Part shown: positions 1-10,852 of the stretch, one piece after another | Layout of the letters: the number at the start of each line of letters is the position of its first letter | Position numbering within the stretch: the first letter of the stretch is position 1 | Sequence record: PZ386970.1 | Source of the DNA: a phage | Direction: 5' to 3' (one strand) | Length of the DNA stretch: 64,000 bases | Made by a program: the position numbers and the translations under genes | Notes under the pieces: model-generated | The model's database searches: none | Told to the model about the DNA's origin: nothing | What the model saw: the letters and a program-made list of their open reading frames with translations, nothing else

Positions 1-30
1 CCTCAATGGGAGCTTCGGCTCCCAGTTAAA

Positions 31-396
31 TTAGATATCAAATTCGTTAAGAACTACATCAAAGATTGCTTCGAGATGTTCATGTTTAGCTCGGTTACTC
101 AGGATATGACGAATCCAAGTTTTAACCAGAAGTTTACGATTAACACCGTTCCAGCAAGGATGAGTACCTAAATCACGTTGACGAAAATCATCATCCAGAG
201 CGATTTTAAAGTTGGAACCTTCCATCGTGATTGAAACCGTGATGCCATTTTCAAATCGCATATAAACGTAATTAGGAGTCATATACTGTTCAATTTCGCA
301 TACTGATCCATTTTGATGTTTCCATAAGCAAATAACTTCAGAAGAACCAGCGATACCGTTAGAAACATATTTGCGTTCGAAGTTGGTGTAGTTCAT
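31..396 (-). CDS. hypothetical protein (T4 30.x-region ORF)
   Basis: 121-aa ORF from track; early-type promoter immediately upstream; no recognisable domain. Confidence 0.5.
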   Translation of the reverse strand: MNYTNFERKYVSNGIAGSSEVICLWKHQNGSVCEIEQYMTPNYVYMRFENGITVSITMEGSNFKIALDDDFRQRDLGTHPCWNGVNRKLLVKTWIRHILSNRAKHEHLEAIFDVVLNEFDI

Positions 397-437
397 TTTA
401 TTCTCCAGATGTTTAAGTTGTTTGTTGGTACAGGTCT

Positions 438-466
438 ATAATATCATAACCTGTACCAAAGTAAAC
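438..466 (-). promoter_or_regulatory. T4 early-type promoter (GTTTAC -35, 17-nt spacer, TATTAT -10) flanked by inverted repeat GGTACAGG/CCTGTACC
   Basis: read on minus strand: GTTTAC tttggtacaggttatga TATTAT; drives ORF 31..396; coordinates approximate. Confidence 0.5.
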
Positions 467-470
467 ATTT

Positions 471-842
471 TTATTTGATTTTTGTCCACTTAGCTGAATC
501 AATAACACCTTTTGCTTTAATCTTCTTGATTAATGACTCTGCACGATTTCTGGCATTTTCGTACCATACAACATCTTCAGAGTAACCAGTTTCTTCATCT
601 TCGTAAGTTTTAGAACGAATACAACCATAAACTGTAGAATTCAGACGGTAAATTTCACCGGTGAAAAAGTTTTCTATTTCGATATGATAACAAAAATCAT
701 CTGAAGGACCATCAGGAGTTGTACAATAAACCACATCACCTTGAACTGAACGAACCATCCATTGTAACTCGTTAACAACTTGAGATTTATATCCATCATG
801 GTCACGGCATTTAATTGTAGCATTTAAATTGATAGTGTTCAT
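471..842 (-). CDS. hypothetical protein
   Basis: 123-aa ORF from track, Cys-containing, no recognisable domain. Confidence 0.5.
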   Translation of the reverse strand: MNTINLNATIKCRDHDGYKSQVVNELQWMVRSVQGDVVYCTTPDGPSDDFCYHIEIENFFTGEIYRLNSTVYGCIRSKTYEDEETGYSEDVVWYENARNRAESLIKKIKAKGVIDSAKWTKIK

Positions 843-942
843 TTTATTCTCCGGTTGTTTTATTGATTAGGTGGTACAAGACTATAGTAACACATCCTAC
901 AGGAGAGTAAACATCTTTTTTAAACTTTTTCTGCCCTAAACG

Positions 943-967
943 CACAAAAGGGAGACCGAAGTCTCCC
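943..967 (-). terminator. intrinsic terminator-like hairpin GGGAGAC-UUCG-GUCUCCC followed by U-tract
   Basis: perfect 7-bp stem with UUCG tetraloop then TTTTGTG on minus strand; approximate coordinates. Confidence 0.55.
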
Positions 968-972
968 TAAAA

Positions 973-1152
973 TTATGCAACAACCTTTCCAAAACGAGAA
1001 GCATCATCTCGAAGAACTGCACGTGCTCTGCGCATGATCTTCTCAACTGTTTGATTAATACGAGAGTTCGACCCACGCTTGTATCCAGCGCGTTTAGAGG
1101 TACCATCAACTTTCTTTTCAACTGCTTTCTTTGCTTTAGCTTGTTTTGCCAT
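973..1152 (-). CDS. small highly basic protein (~59 aa), hypothetical
   Basis: manually read ORF MAKQAKAKKAVEKK...RFGKVVA in a different frame from track ORF 936..1121; followed directly by the hairpin terminator; coordinates +/-2. Confidence 0.35.
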   Translation of the reverse strand: MAKQAKAKKAVEKKVDGTSKRAGYKRGSNSRINQTVEKIMRRARAVLRDDASRFGKVVA

Positions 1153-1164
1153 TATAAATTCTCT

Positions 1165-1398
1165 TTAAATGAAAATGCAGGACTTATTGACATTGCCTGC
1201 GCAAGCCCTCAAGGGGAACATAGGTTTTGGATATTTAACGACAGGATAACCATAAACCTCGTCATCATACCAACCACGACTTAAACAGATAACCCTTTTC
1301 TGACGCGTGATAGTACAAATACATTCAAGAGGTACACCGTAAAATTGTCGGGGCGGTACTTCTAAAACATACCGATTCGCAAATCGATAATCAGACAA
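1165..1398 (-). CDS. hypothetical protein
   Basis: 77-aa ORF from track; same strand and operon context as neighbours. Confidence 0.35.
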   Translation of the reverse strand: MSDYRFANRYVLEVPPRQFYGVPLECICTITRQKRVICLSRGWYDDEVYGYPVVKYPKPMFPLRACAGNVNKSCIFI

Positions 1399-1420
1399 TT
1401 CGACGGCTCCTCGATTTAAC

Positions 1421-1669
1421 TTACTTCAGGGTAATAATAAAATGACGTACTGCTTTACGAGCTGCTGAAGCCAAAGGCTTAGCATATTTCAGTTCATCTT
1501 TTGCTTCCAGTTCAGTAGCCAGTGCGGCCTGGGCTGGGTTCAGATGTTTGAAATAACGCAGGATTTCAAGAGCTTCGGCTTCAACATCAATAGATGCGCC
1601 ATAGTTTTCATGACCGTTATTCCATGCGTTGCGTTGCAGTTCAAGAGCGTGTTGTAATTGTTTAATCAT
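1421..1669 (-). CDS. rIII: RIII lysis-inhibition accessory protein
   Basis: 82-aa ORF, same length as T4 RIII, position immediately before gene 31 as in T4. Confidence 0.75.
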   Translation of the reverse strand: MIKQLQHALELQRNAWNNGHENYGASIDVEAEALEILRYFKHLNPAQAALATELEAKDELKYAKPLASAARKAVRHFIITLK

Positions 1670-1793
1670 TTTAAATTCTCAATTCGAGATAATATTTAGT
1701 AGCCACGTTCGTCTGAATTTCACCTTCTTTCGACAAGTCTCTCAGTTGTAGGCTACCGCTTAGAAGAGTGTTCTCTTCATATAGTTATTTATA

Positions 1794-2126
1794 TCACTTA
1801 TAAAGACACGGAATAGCTTTATAGTGGCATGTTACGAATTTCTGTTTAATTTCTTTAGGTTGTTTAAGTCCCAAAGCCACAAATGGATGTGGAACATTTC
1901 GAATTTGTCCAACCGGTAGTGGAGTCAAATCACCGACTTCAACAAAACCTTCAGGAACATCAGGACCTACAGAATGAACTACACATAGTTCAGGAACTTC
2001 ACCTTGAACACGTTTACCAATCACAAGTCCTGATTCGGTAACTTCTTCATCACCTGCTTGAGCGGGTTCAGAAACCAAAATGACATATTCACCAACAGCA
2101 CGAATTGGGAGTTGTACTTCAGACAT
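1794..2126 (-). CDS. 31: gp31 co-chaperonin (GroES-like) for major capsid protein folding
   Basis: 110-aa [31 protein letters not shown]... matching T4 gp31 nearly residue for residue (from memory). Confidence 0.85.
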   Translation of the reverse strand: MSEVQLPIRAVGEYVILVSEPAQAGDEEVTESGLVIGKRVQGEVPELCVVHSVGPDVPEGFVEVGDLTPLPVGQIRNVPHPFVALGLKQPKEIKQKFVTCHYKAIPCLYK

Positions 2127-2183
2127 CTTATTTCCTTGTTGTTTGACGATAGATTAATAATACCATACTATTCGTAAAGCATA

Positions 2184-2492
2184 TTACATAAGAAGCAAAC
2201 GTTCTACCGGAGTACCATCAACCGAAATTACTTTATCAAGACGGAAAGAACGCCACTGACCTAACTTGGTATCGAATGCTCGAACTGATTCGCGAGGTTC
2301 ATAACGAACTTCTGTTGCTGGATTGTTATTTTCATATTTGACTTCAAGTTCATCGCGCGAAGCAAACATAGTGCGTACCTCACCATTAGCCTTTTCAAAT
2401 ACAACACAATGAACGCCTACAGACAGAATAGTTTTAATACGTTCACGAAGAACCATAGTTTCTTGTTCAGTTAAAATCATATTATTCACCAC
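2184..2492 (-). CDS. hypothetical protein
   Basis: 102-aa ORF from track between gene 31 and cd. Confidence 0.5.
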   Translation of the reverse strand: MVNNMILTEQETMVLRERIKTILSVGVHCVVFEKANGEVRTMFASRDELEVKYENNNPATEVRYEPRESVRAFDTKLGQWRSFRLDKVISVDGTPVERLLLM

Positions 2493-3063
2493 AAAAGTTT
2501 CGAATTTGTTCCCAATTCAGAGAACGAAGATTATTACGAGAGTACTGAATTACTTCAATACCAGCTTGTTTTAGAATGTCTGCCCAATTTTCAGGAGATC
2601 GGTCATATAATTCTGCATATACAACCTTTTTAATACCTGACTGCGTAATAGCTTTAGTGCAATCAGGACACGGAGAAAGCGTAGTATATAACGTAGCACC
2701 TTCAATAGAATTACCTTTACGAGCTGCAAACAAAATTGCATTCAATTCCGCATGGATTTCGTTATTAGCAGACCATGCACTATGAGCGGCCCGATGTTCT
2801 TTAGCCAAAACAAAATTATCCACCCGTCCAAATGCTGTAGTGCCTTCTTTATGCCCGGCAACGATGACCGGGCTTGGTTTATTCTTCAACCAACCGTTTT
2901 CGGATGCATGTTCGCAACAGTTTGTACCACCTGAAGGAGAGCCGTTATACCCAGTAGAGATAATGCGTCCATCTTTTTCAATGACCGCACCAACTTTCCA
3001 TGAACAACATTTTGATTCTTGAGAAATCAGATATGCAATCTGAAGGTATGTGCTAGCTTTCAT
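2482..3063 (-). CDS. cd: dCMP deaminase
   Basis: 193-aa ORF with cytidine/dCMP deaminase zinc motifs (HAELNAI..., PCPDCTKAI); same length as T4 Cd. Confidence 0.9.
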   Translation of the reverse strand: MKASTYLQIAYLISQESKCCSWKVGAVIEKDGRIISTGYNGSPSGGTNCCEHASENGWLKNKPSPVIVAGHKEGTTAFGRVDNFVLAKEHRAAHSAWSANNEIHAELNAILFAARKGNSIEGATLYTTLSPCPDCTKAITQSGIKKVVYAELYDRSPENWADILKQAGIEVIQYSRNNLRSLNWEQIRNFCGE

Positions 3064-4055
3064 TATTGAACCTTATTAATATAAGTTAACAACTCTTTAG
3101 TTTGTTCCCAACTGATGCACGCATCGGTAATGGAAACGCCATAGGACATATTATCAGAAATTTTTTGATTTCCTTCATGTAGGAACGATTCTATCATAAT
3201 TCCTTTGACCAAATCATTAGCTGCTAAATTTTTACCAATACCAATTTGATTGCTATAATGCCCATCAGCGTTTGCATGGCTACAGTCAACCATTACATAA
3301 TGATTCAGACCTACTGCCCTTGCTTTGTTAGAAGCTTCTTGAATATCAGAAGAATGATAGTTCGGGCCGTTGGTCCCGCCACGCAATACGATATGCGTAT
3401 TCTGATTACCTTCAGCTTCAACAATGCCTACAGTACCATCGACGTCCATACCCATATACCGATGAGGCCAGGCGGCACTATACATCGCGTCTGTAGCTAC
3501 TTTAATAGAACCATTGGTTGCGTTCTTGAAGCCTACGCACATCGGTAGACCTGAAGCAATTTCACGATGTGTCTGACTTTCAGTCGTACGGGCGCCAATA
3601 GCAACCCATGAGAAAATACCAGAAAGATACTTAATCGTGAATGGGTCTAATACTTCAGTTGCTAATGGAAGTCCCATACGTAGAAGTTTACGACACAATG
3701 TTCGTGCAACTATAAGACCGTGGTTCATATCAAAACTTCCGTCAAGATATGGATCATTTACAAGACCTTTCCAACCTACGGTAGTTCGAGGCTTTTCAAA
3801 ATAAACGCGCATCACTAACAGAACATTAGGAAGACGAGTTTGAAGTTCAGCCAGACGTTTGCCGTATTCAACAGCAGCAATAGGGTCATGAATTGAACAA
3901 GGACCTACAACAATAAGTTTGCGTGGGTCTTCACCATTCATAATCGAATTAACTTGTTCGCGATGAGAAGCCACTTGTGATGCGTAAGCTTCCGACAAAG
4001 GAATAATCTCAGCCAGTTCTTTTGGAGAAATAAGTTTTCCGACGACAGGTAACAT
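3063..4055 (-). CDS. 3-deoxy-D-arabino-heptulosonate-7-phosphate (DAHP) synthase, class I (AroF/AroG-like)
   Basis: 330-aa ORF with DAHP-synthase signature blocks GPCSIHD, MRVYFEKPRTTVGWKGL, GARTTESQTHRE, VDCSH, IESFLHEGNQ, SITDACISW; all four metal ligands of E. coli AroG (Cys, His, Glu, Asp) conserved; ATGA overlap with cd start. Confidence 0.85.
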   Translation of the reverse strand: MLPVVGKLISPKELAEIIPLSEAYASQVASHREQVNSIMNGEDPRKLIVVGPCSIHDPIAAVEYGKRLAELQTRLPNVLLVMRVYFEKPRTTVGWKGLVNDPYLDGSFDMNHGLIVARTLCRKLLRMGLPLATEVLDPFTIKYLSGIFSWVAIGARTTESQTHREIASGLPMCVGFKNATNGSIKVATDAMYSAAWPHRYMGMDVDGTVGIVEAEGNQNTHIVLRGGTNGPNYHSSDIQEASNKARAVGLNHYVMVDCSHANADGHYSNQIGIGKNLAANDLVKGIMIESFLHEGNQKISDNMSYGVSITDACISWEQTKELLTYINKVQ

Positions 4056-4175
4056 AACAATCCTTAGGAGATATAAACAGATTCTGATTCAACAATACCT
4101 TTAACCGGATTAGACAGGCTAAGTTGGTAGTGCTCAGATTTATGACCATTCTCGATAGTAATGAGATAGCTCTCA

Positions 4176-4412
4176 TTATAGTGTTCCATATACTCGAGTT
4201 GCTTCAACAAGACCATCACTGCCTAATTTAAGATTAGTAATTTGGTCACCATCTTTAGGATTAACGATTATGAGAAAAGAACGTGGAGATTCTTGAATAA
4301 CTCGTAATGTTGCATCCTGGAAACGTTCAGACACTTTATTGATGAGTGCTTGAGCAAATTCTTTTACTTTAATCTGAAATTCGTGTACTGTAATTGGGGT
4401 TTCACTTAGCAT
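4176..4412 (-). CDS. hypothetical protein
   Basis: 78-aa ORF from track. Confidence 0.45.
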   Translation of the reverse strand: MLSETPITVHEFQIKVKEFAQALINKVSERFQDATLRVIQESPRSFLIIVNPKDGDQITNLKLGSDGLVEATRVYGTL

Positions 4413-4471
4413 TTCGATTTCCTCATTGTGTTGGTAGAGTTATAGTATCACAACTCCACCATGTTGTAAAC

Positions 4472-4747
4472 TTAAATTGCAAAACATTTAATTTCTTGTG
4501 AATCGAAATCAACTTCACACTGAATTACTAGATCAGCGTCAAGTCCAAACACAACAATCACATGAGCAGAGCTGGGCAACAATGTAACAGACACAGAATC
4601 CACTTGGTCAGGCACTAGCGTATTCAAAACATAGAGTAGTTCAGAGTGGACCTTAAGCTCAGTAGCCGTATCCAGCTTATCAAAGAAATGATTTGCAATA
4701 ATCTGGCTAAAAACTACCTTTACAATTTCAGAATATTTAGGGAACAT
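4472..4747 (-). CDS. hypothetical protein
   Basis: 91-aa ORF from track. Confidence 0.45.
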   Translation of the reverse strand: MFPKYSEIVKVVFSQIIANHFFDKLDTATELKVHSELLYVLNTLVPDQVDSVSVTLLPSSAHVIVVFGLDADLVIQCEVDFDSQEIKCFAI

Positions 4748-4754
4748 AATTACC

Positions 4755-4979
4755 TCAGTGCACAGTATTTACTTTAACTCGAACAACAAATCGCTCGGTC
4801 GGTTCACCTACAGGAACAAACTCTACATGATATTCGCCTTTGTATCGAGTATTCAGGTCATTACGAATTCCTGCGAGTTTGTTGATTAATGTAGGACTCA
4901 TATTAAGTCCCACTAGTTTACGAAGCATTTTGTATGCTTCATCTTCGATTTCATGATGTTTATCGTACATAGTTTTCAT
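4755..4979 (-). CDS. hypothetical protein
   Basis: 74-aa ORF from track. Confidence 0.45.
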   Translation of the reverse strand: MKTMYDKHHEIEDEAYKMLRKLVGLNMSPTLINKLAGIRNDLNTRYKGEYHVEFVPVGEPTERFVVRVKVNTVH

Positions 4980-5150
4980 TTAACCATTCAATTGCCTGGT
5001 CGACGTTATCAAATATACCACCGTCCAAACGTTCTTCATGCTCATAGTCCAGCACATCAATACCGAACTGTCCATTTACTAAAGGCCAGGCTACAAACAA
5101 ATATTCTTTATGCTGTTCGATGGCCTCAATCACTTCATATAATCGTTTCA

Positions 5151-5151
<1 letters not shown>
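4960..5151 (-). CDS. hypothetical protein
   Basis: 63-aa ORF from track, immediately upstream of pseT in the same operon. Confidence 0.4.
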
Positions 5152-6237
<1,086 letters not shown>

Positions 6238-6238
<1 letters not shown>

Positions 6239-6537
6239 TATTTTATTCCTAAGAAAGTTTCAAGAATACGAATGTTGAGTTCGCGCCGGTCTTTATTAAT
6301 TTCAGCAACGTTTTTATTAATTGACATACTTCTAACGTTTGAAGAAATAAATTTAATCATATGACTTTTGAGTTGTTGCAAATCCAACCCTTTTTCTTTA
6401 GCAGCTTTACGAAGAGCTTTACCTGCTTCATCTAGTGCCTTTGCTGCATCTTTGTCATAATTGCCAAGTGACATTCCACGACAGATATCAATATACTCAT
6501 CAGACCGTTTGATGTAATTCTCTAGTAATGTTTTCAT
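6238..6537 (-). CDS. hypothetical protein
   Basis: 99-aa ORF from track. Confidence 0.5.
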
Positions 6538-6594
6538 TTAGATTTCCTCAATTATCCATAGGAGCATTATACTCTGCTCCTGAGAGTTTGTAAA

Positions 6595-6819
6595 CTATTT
6601 TACTAAAGATTCAATATACTCGTGAAGAGCTTTAGTCGCTACTGCCCACTTATTCTGATATTCATTTTTCAGATTAGCACGAGACTGAACTAACAATCGG
6701 TCATTAGTCGGAGGCAAAGATTCTAATCGTTGAATCTGGCGCCCATAAATCATAGCCGCCATTTCAGATTCATAGATAAGCCCTTTAATGTATTCATGCT
6801 GTTCTTTAGTCATTGGCAT
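6595..6819 (-). CDS. hypothetical protein
   Basis: 74-aa ORF from track. Confidence 0.45.
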   Translation of the reverse strand: MPMTKEQHEYIKGLIYESEMAAMIYGRQIQRLESLPPTNDRLLVQSRANLKNEYQNKWAVATKALHEYIESLVK

Positions 6820-7100
6820 TTTTCCTCTTTTAAACCACTACGATAATAACATATCATAGTCTTCTGGTCATGTACATATCTTTTTACGTCGTTTAACCAG
6901 ATACGAAATTCTTGAGAGTCTTCAAATGGCATTCCAACCCATGGATTACCATCAATAACCTTTACTTGCCATTTCTGGTTATATTCAACAATAGATTCTG
7001 GCCACGGCGGATGTAAAGTTTCTTTAGGGCTTAAGGGCACATCCTGGGCACACCCAGCCAAAATACCAATAGATAATACAACTGCGGTTAATTTAATCAT
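6810..7100 (-). CDS. outer-membrane spanin (o-spanin) lipoprotein, T4 pseT.2-like
   Basis: 96-aa ORF with signal peptide and lipobox (ILAGC); 4-nt overlap with upstream i-spanin; position between pseT and alc as for T4 spanins. Confidence 0.6.
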   Translation of the reverse strand: MIKLTAVVLSIGILAGCAQDVPLSPKETLHPPWPESIVEYNQKWQVKVIDGNPWVGMPFEDSQEFRIWLNDVKRYVHDQKTMICYYRSGLKEEKCQ

Positions 7101-7453
7101 TCTGAGAGCTTCCTGAGGTCTTCTGCAAAGGAATCGAAGGACTTGTTGATTTGTTTTTCGACCAATCCTGGTTTACTTGCCACCACGTTCTTCTTCTTCG
7201 AATCCTTACGGAGCTTTTCATTTTCGGCCTTAAGTTGGTCAACTAAAACACGATTCTTATATGTCATTTCTTCTATAGACTGATATTGAATCTTGAAGTC
7301 GTCTAATACTTTAGCATTGTTTTTAGCAGTCTCTTTAACAGAAGCCAATTCAGTATTCAGCGAATCGACTTTATGGTTCAGAAATGCTATTGTTACAGTA
7401 GCAACAACCGCAAAAGCTGCCACTACAATATATGATGCATTTACTTTAAGCAT
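7097..7453 (-). CDS. inner-membrane spanin (i-spanin), T4 pseT.3-like
   Basis: 118-aa ORF: N-terminal transmembrane segment (YIVVAAFAVVATVTIAF) followed by predicted coiled-coil periplasmic domain. Confidence 0.6.
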   Translation of the reverse strand: MLKVNASYIVVAAFAVVATVTIAFLNHKVDSLNTELASVKETAKNNAKVLDDFKIQYQSIEEMTYKNRVLVDQLKAENEKLRKDSKKKNVVASKPGLVEKQINKSFDSFAEDLRKLSE

Positions 7454-7941
7454 GTTTGAATAATCTCAATGATTTCGTCTCGGGATAATCCATTGATAAG
7501 AACTGTTTTAGGCCCATCAGTTTGGATTTTGTACGATTCAAACAATACACACAACTCTTCTGCTGTATGATACGGGCTTGAAATTCCGAGACGGTTGAAT
7601 TTGTCGGTAAGAGGGTCGCAAATGATGTAGAATTTTATACCTGCGATATGTACGTTTGGTTGACTAATATTAATGAACACATTAGCGTCATATTTAGTCA
7701 AATTGTTTTGAAGAAATTCTACCATAGCATTAACTGCTTCTGGCATTGCTTCGCGTTTCTCTTCAGCGTATCGGGTGGAATATTCCTTTTGCTTTAACTT
7801 CTTTTTAGCATTTTTCGCTAGAGTAGTACGAAGGTCCGTAAGATAACCAACTGCACGGCCTTTCTTAAAGACCCGGATTCCATCTGTAGAATCACCAAAT
7901 GCTGCCACAACCATATCGTTAGTAATCAATTGCATATTCAT
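7441..7941 (-). CDS. alc: Alc, host transcription termination/unfolding protein
   Basis: 166-aa ORF at the T4 alc position between the spanins and rnlA; length matches T4 Alc (167 aa). Confidence 0.6.
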   Translation of the reverse strand: MNMQLITNDMVVAAFGDSTDGIRVFKKGRAVGYLTDLRTTLAKNAKKKLKQKEYSTRYAEEKREAMPEAVNAMVEFLQNNLTKYDANVFINISQPNVHIAGIKFYIICDPLTDKFNRLGISSPYHTAEELCVLFESYKIQTDGPKTVLINGLSRDEIIEIIQTCLK

Positions 7942-8003
7942 AATTTTCTCCTCGTGTTATTGATAAAAGCCATAGTAACACCTTCCTTGGTGTTTGTAAA
8001 CCA

Positions 8004-9137
<1,134 letters not shown>

Positions 9138-9184
9138 TCAGTTAGTTTTTTTTAAATTGTACCACAATCCTTGTGGTATGTAAA

Positions 9185-9595
9185 CTACTTTTTCTTATGT
9201 TGGATATTCCAAGGCGGGTTGAACTTTTTGATAAAAAGTGGTTCTTCAAGGTCCATTGTTGCGATGGTCATTGAACCAAGTTCATTGGTGACTGAAAGGT
9301 CAAAACATTGGCGGGCCCAGAATTCAACCTTTTTGCCTTGCATTAAGGCATCCAAAATCATAAGTGATTTTCTTGAATCTGAAGTCTGGTCTTTTCGATT
9401 TATGGCTGTTCGATAATAGTTAATGCGTTTCTTTAAATTCTTGGTTTTACCAATATACACAAGTTCGTCATCTATAGCAATAGCGTATATGACATTTTTC
9501 TTATTAGGGACATCAACTGTTTTAATTGTTGCATCTTCTAATAGCTCCAATTCTGTATATTTAATAAAGGAATATTCGGCGGCAATATCTTTCAT
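9185..9595 (-). CDS. denA: endonuclease II (GIY-YIG family)
   Basis: 136-aa ORF (same as T4 DenA) with GIY-YIG-like block VIYAIAIDDELVYIGKT; position between rnlA and nrdB. Confidence 0.8.
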   Translation of the reverse strand: MKDIAAEYSFIKYTELELLEDATIKTVDVPNKKNVIYAIAIDDELVYIGKTKNLKKRINYYRTAINRKDQTSDSRKSLMILDALMQGKKVEFWARQCFDLSVTNELGSMTIATMDLEEPLFIKKFNPPWNIQHKKK

Positions 9596-9621
9596 AATAA
9601 AGTGGGACCGAAGTCCCGTCC

Positions 9622-10797
9622 TTAGAAATATTTTTTGTATGAATTGATTACATTTTGGTCTACATCATTATCAATTTGTGCGACAAGATAAGAACTGATT
9701 TCAACTTCCTGAGGAGCTGCTTGAACTAAATCAGAGTTCAGATATTCACGAATCCAAGGATATGGATGCTTGGTCGGAGCATCAGTGATTGGGCATGGCA
9801 AACCGCACTGTTTCATACGAGACACAGTCAAGTAATCAACAAAAGCACACATACTCTGCGTATTGATACCTGGACATGTACCGTCTTTAAAGAGGTGTGC
9901 AGCCCATTCCTTCTCTTGACTATTTACTTCCATAAAAATGTCAACTGCTTCTTGTTCGCATTCTTTAGCAATTTGAACCCACTCATCACCGTCGGTACCA
10001 GATTGAAGTTGACGGATAATGTACTGAGTACCCTTGAGATGGAGTTGTTCGTCACGAGCAATGAACTTCATAATCTTTGCATTGCCTTCCATAATTTCCA
10101 TATTTTTATGGAAGTTGAAAGTACATGCAAATGACACGTAAAAACGAATAGCTTCTAAGGCGTTGATAACATGCAAACAGAGATAAAGAGACTTCATTAA
10201 ATCACGCTTGGCGTTAAACATTATTTCTTCGTACATCTCAATATCATTCTGCTGGCATGAGCCTAGTGAATACTCATAATTTTCCTTAGCATTTTCCCAA
10301 TGGCGAGTCTTGACTAGAACATCATCGTAATATTTACCTATTGATTCAGCTCGTTTCATGATTGCTTCGTCTAATACAATTTCATCAAATACCTTAGATG
10401 GATCTGTATAAAGATTTCGCATAATATGAGTATACGAACGAGAGTGAATAGTTTCACTGAATGTCCATGTTGCAACCCACGTATCTAATGAAGGGTCAGA
10501 AATCAGTGCCATAAGTACCGCAGATGGGGCCCTGCCTTGGATAGAATCTAATAATGATTGATACTTAAGATTGTTTGTAAAGATGTCCTGTTGGAACTGA
10601 GGAAGCTTATTGAACTGCGCAGAGTCCAACATCAAGTTTACCTCTTCTGGGCGCCAGAAAAACGACAATTGCTTTTCAATAAGTTCTTCGAAAACTTTAT
10701 GACGCTGAATATCATACCGTGCAAGACCAAGACCAGAACCAAAGAACATCGGTTCATTCAAAACATCGACTTGTTGTGTGTTAAAAACTGTACTCAT
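9622..10797 (-). CDS. nrdB: ribonucleotide reductase small subunit (aerobic)
   Basis: 391-aa uninterrupted ORF; class Ia R2 di-iron/tyrosyl radical fold by similarity to T4 NrdB; no intron detected. Confidence 0.9.
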   Translation of the reverse strand: MSTVFNTQQVDVLNEPMFFGSGLGLARYDIQRHKVFEELIEKQLSFFWRPEEVNLMLDSAQFNKLPQFQQDIFTNNLKYQSLLDSIQGRAPSAVLMALISDPSLDTWVATWTFSETIHSRSYTHIMRNLYTDPSKVFDEIVLDEAIMKRAESIGKYYDDVLVKTRHWENAKENYEYSLGSCQQNDIEMYEEIMFNAKRDLMKSLYLCLHVINALEAIRFYVSFACTFNFHKNMEIMEGNAKIMKFIARDEQLHLKGTQYIIRQLQSGTDGDEWVQIAKECEQEAVDIFMEVNSQEKEWAAHLFKDGTCPGINTQSMCAFVDYLTVSRMKQCGLPCPITDAPTKHPYPWIREYLNSDLVQAAPQEVEISSYLVAQIDNDVDQNVINSYKKYF

Positions 10798-10852
10798 TAT
10801 ATTTTCTCACTTAGTTATTAACTCATCCATGAGTAAATTATAATCAAAAGTC

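Noticed and set aside
936-1121. 61-aa track ORF
   Set aside because: An alternative frame on the same strand gives a better gene model (RBS, basic protein, terminator); the track ORF is likely spurious
9766-10134. 122-aa plus-strand ORF
   Set aside because: Antisense to nrdB
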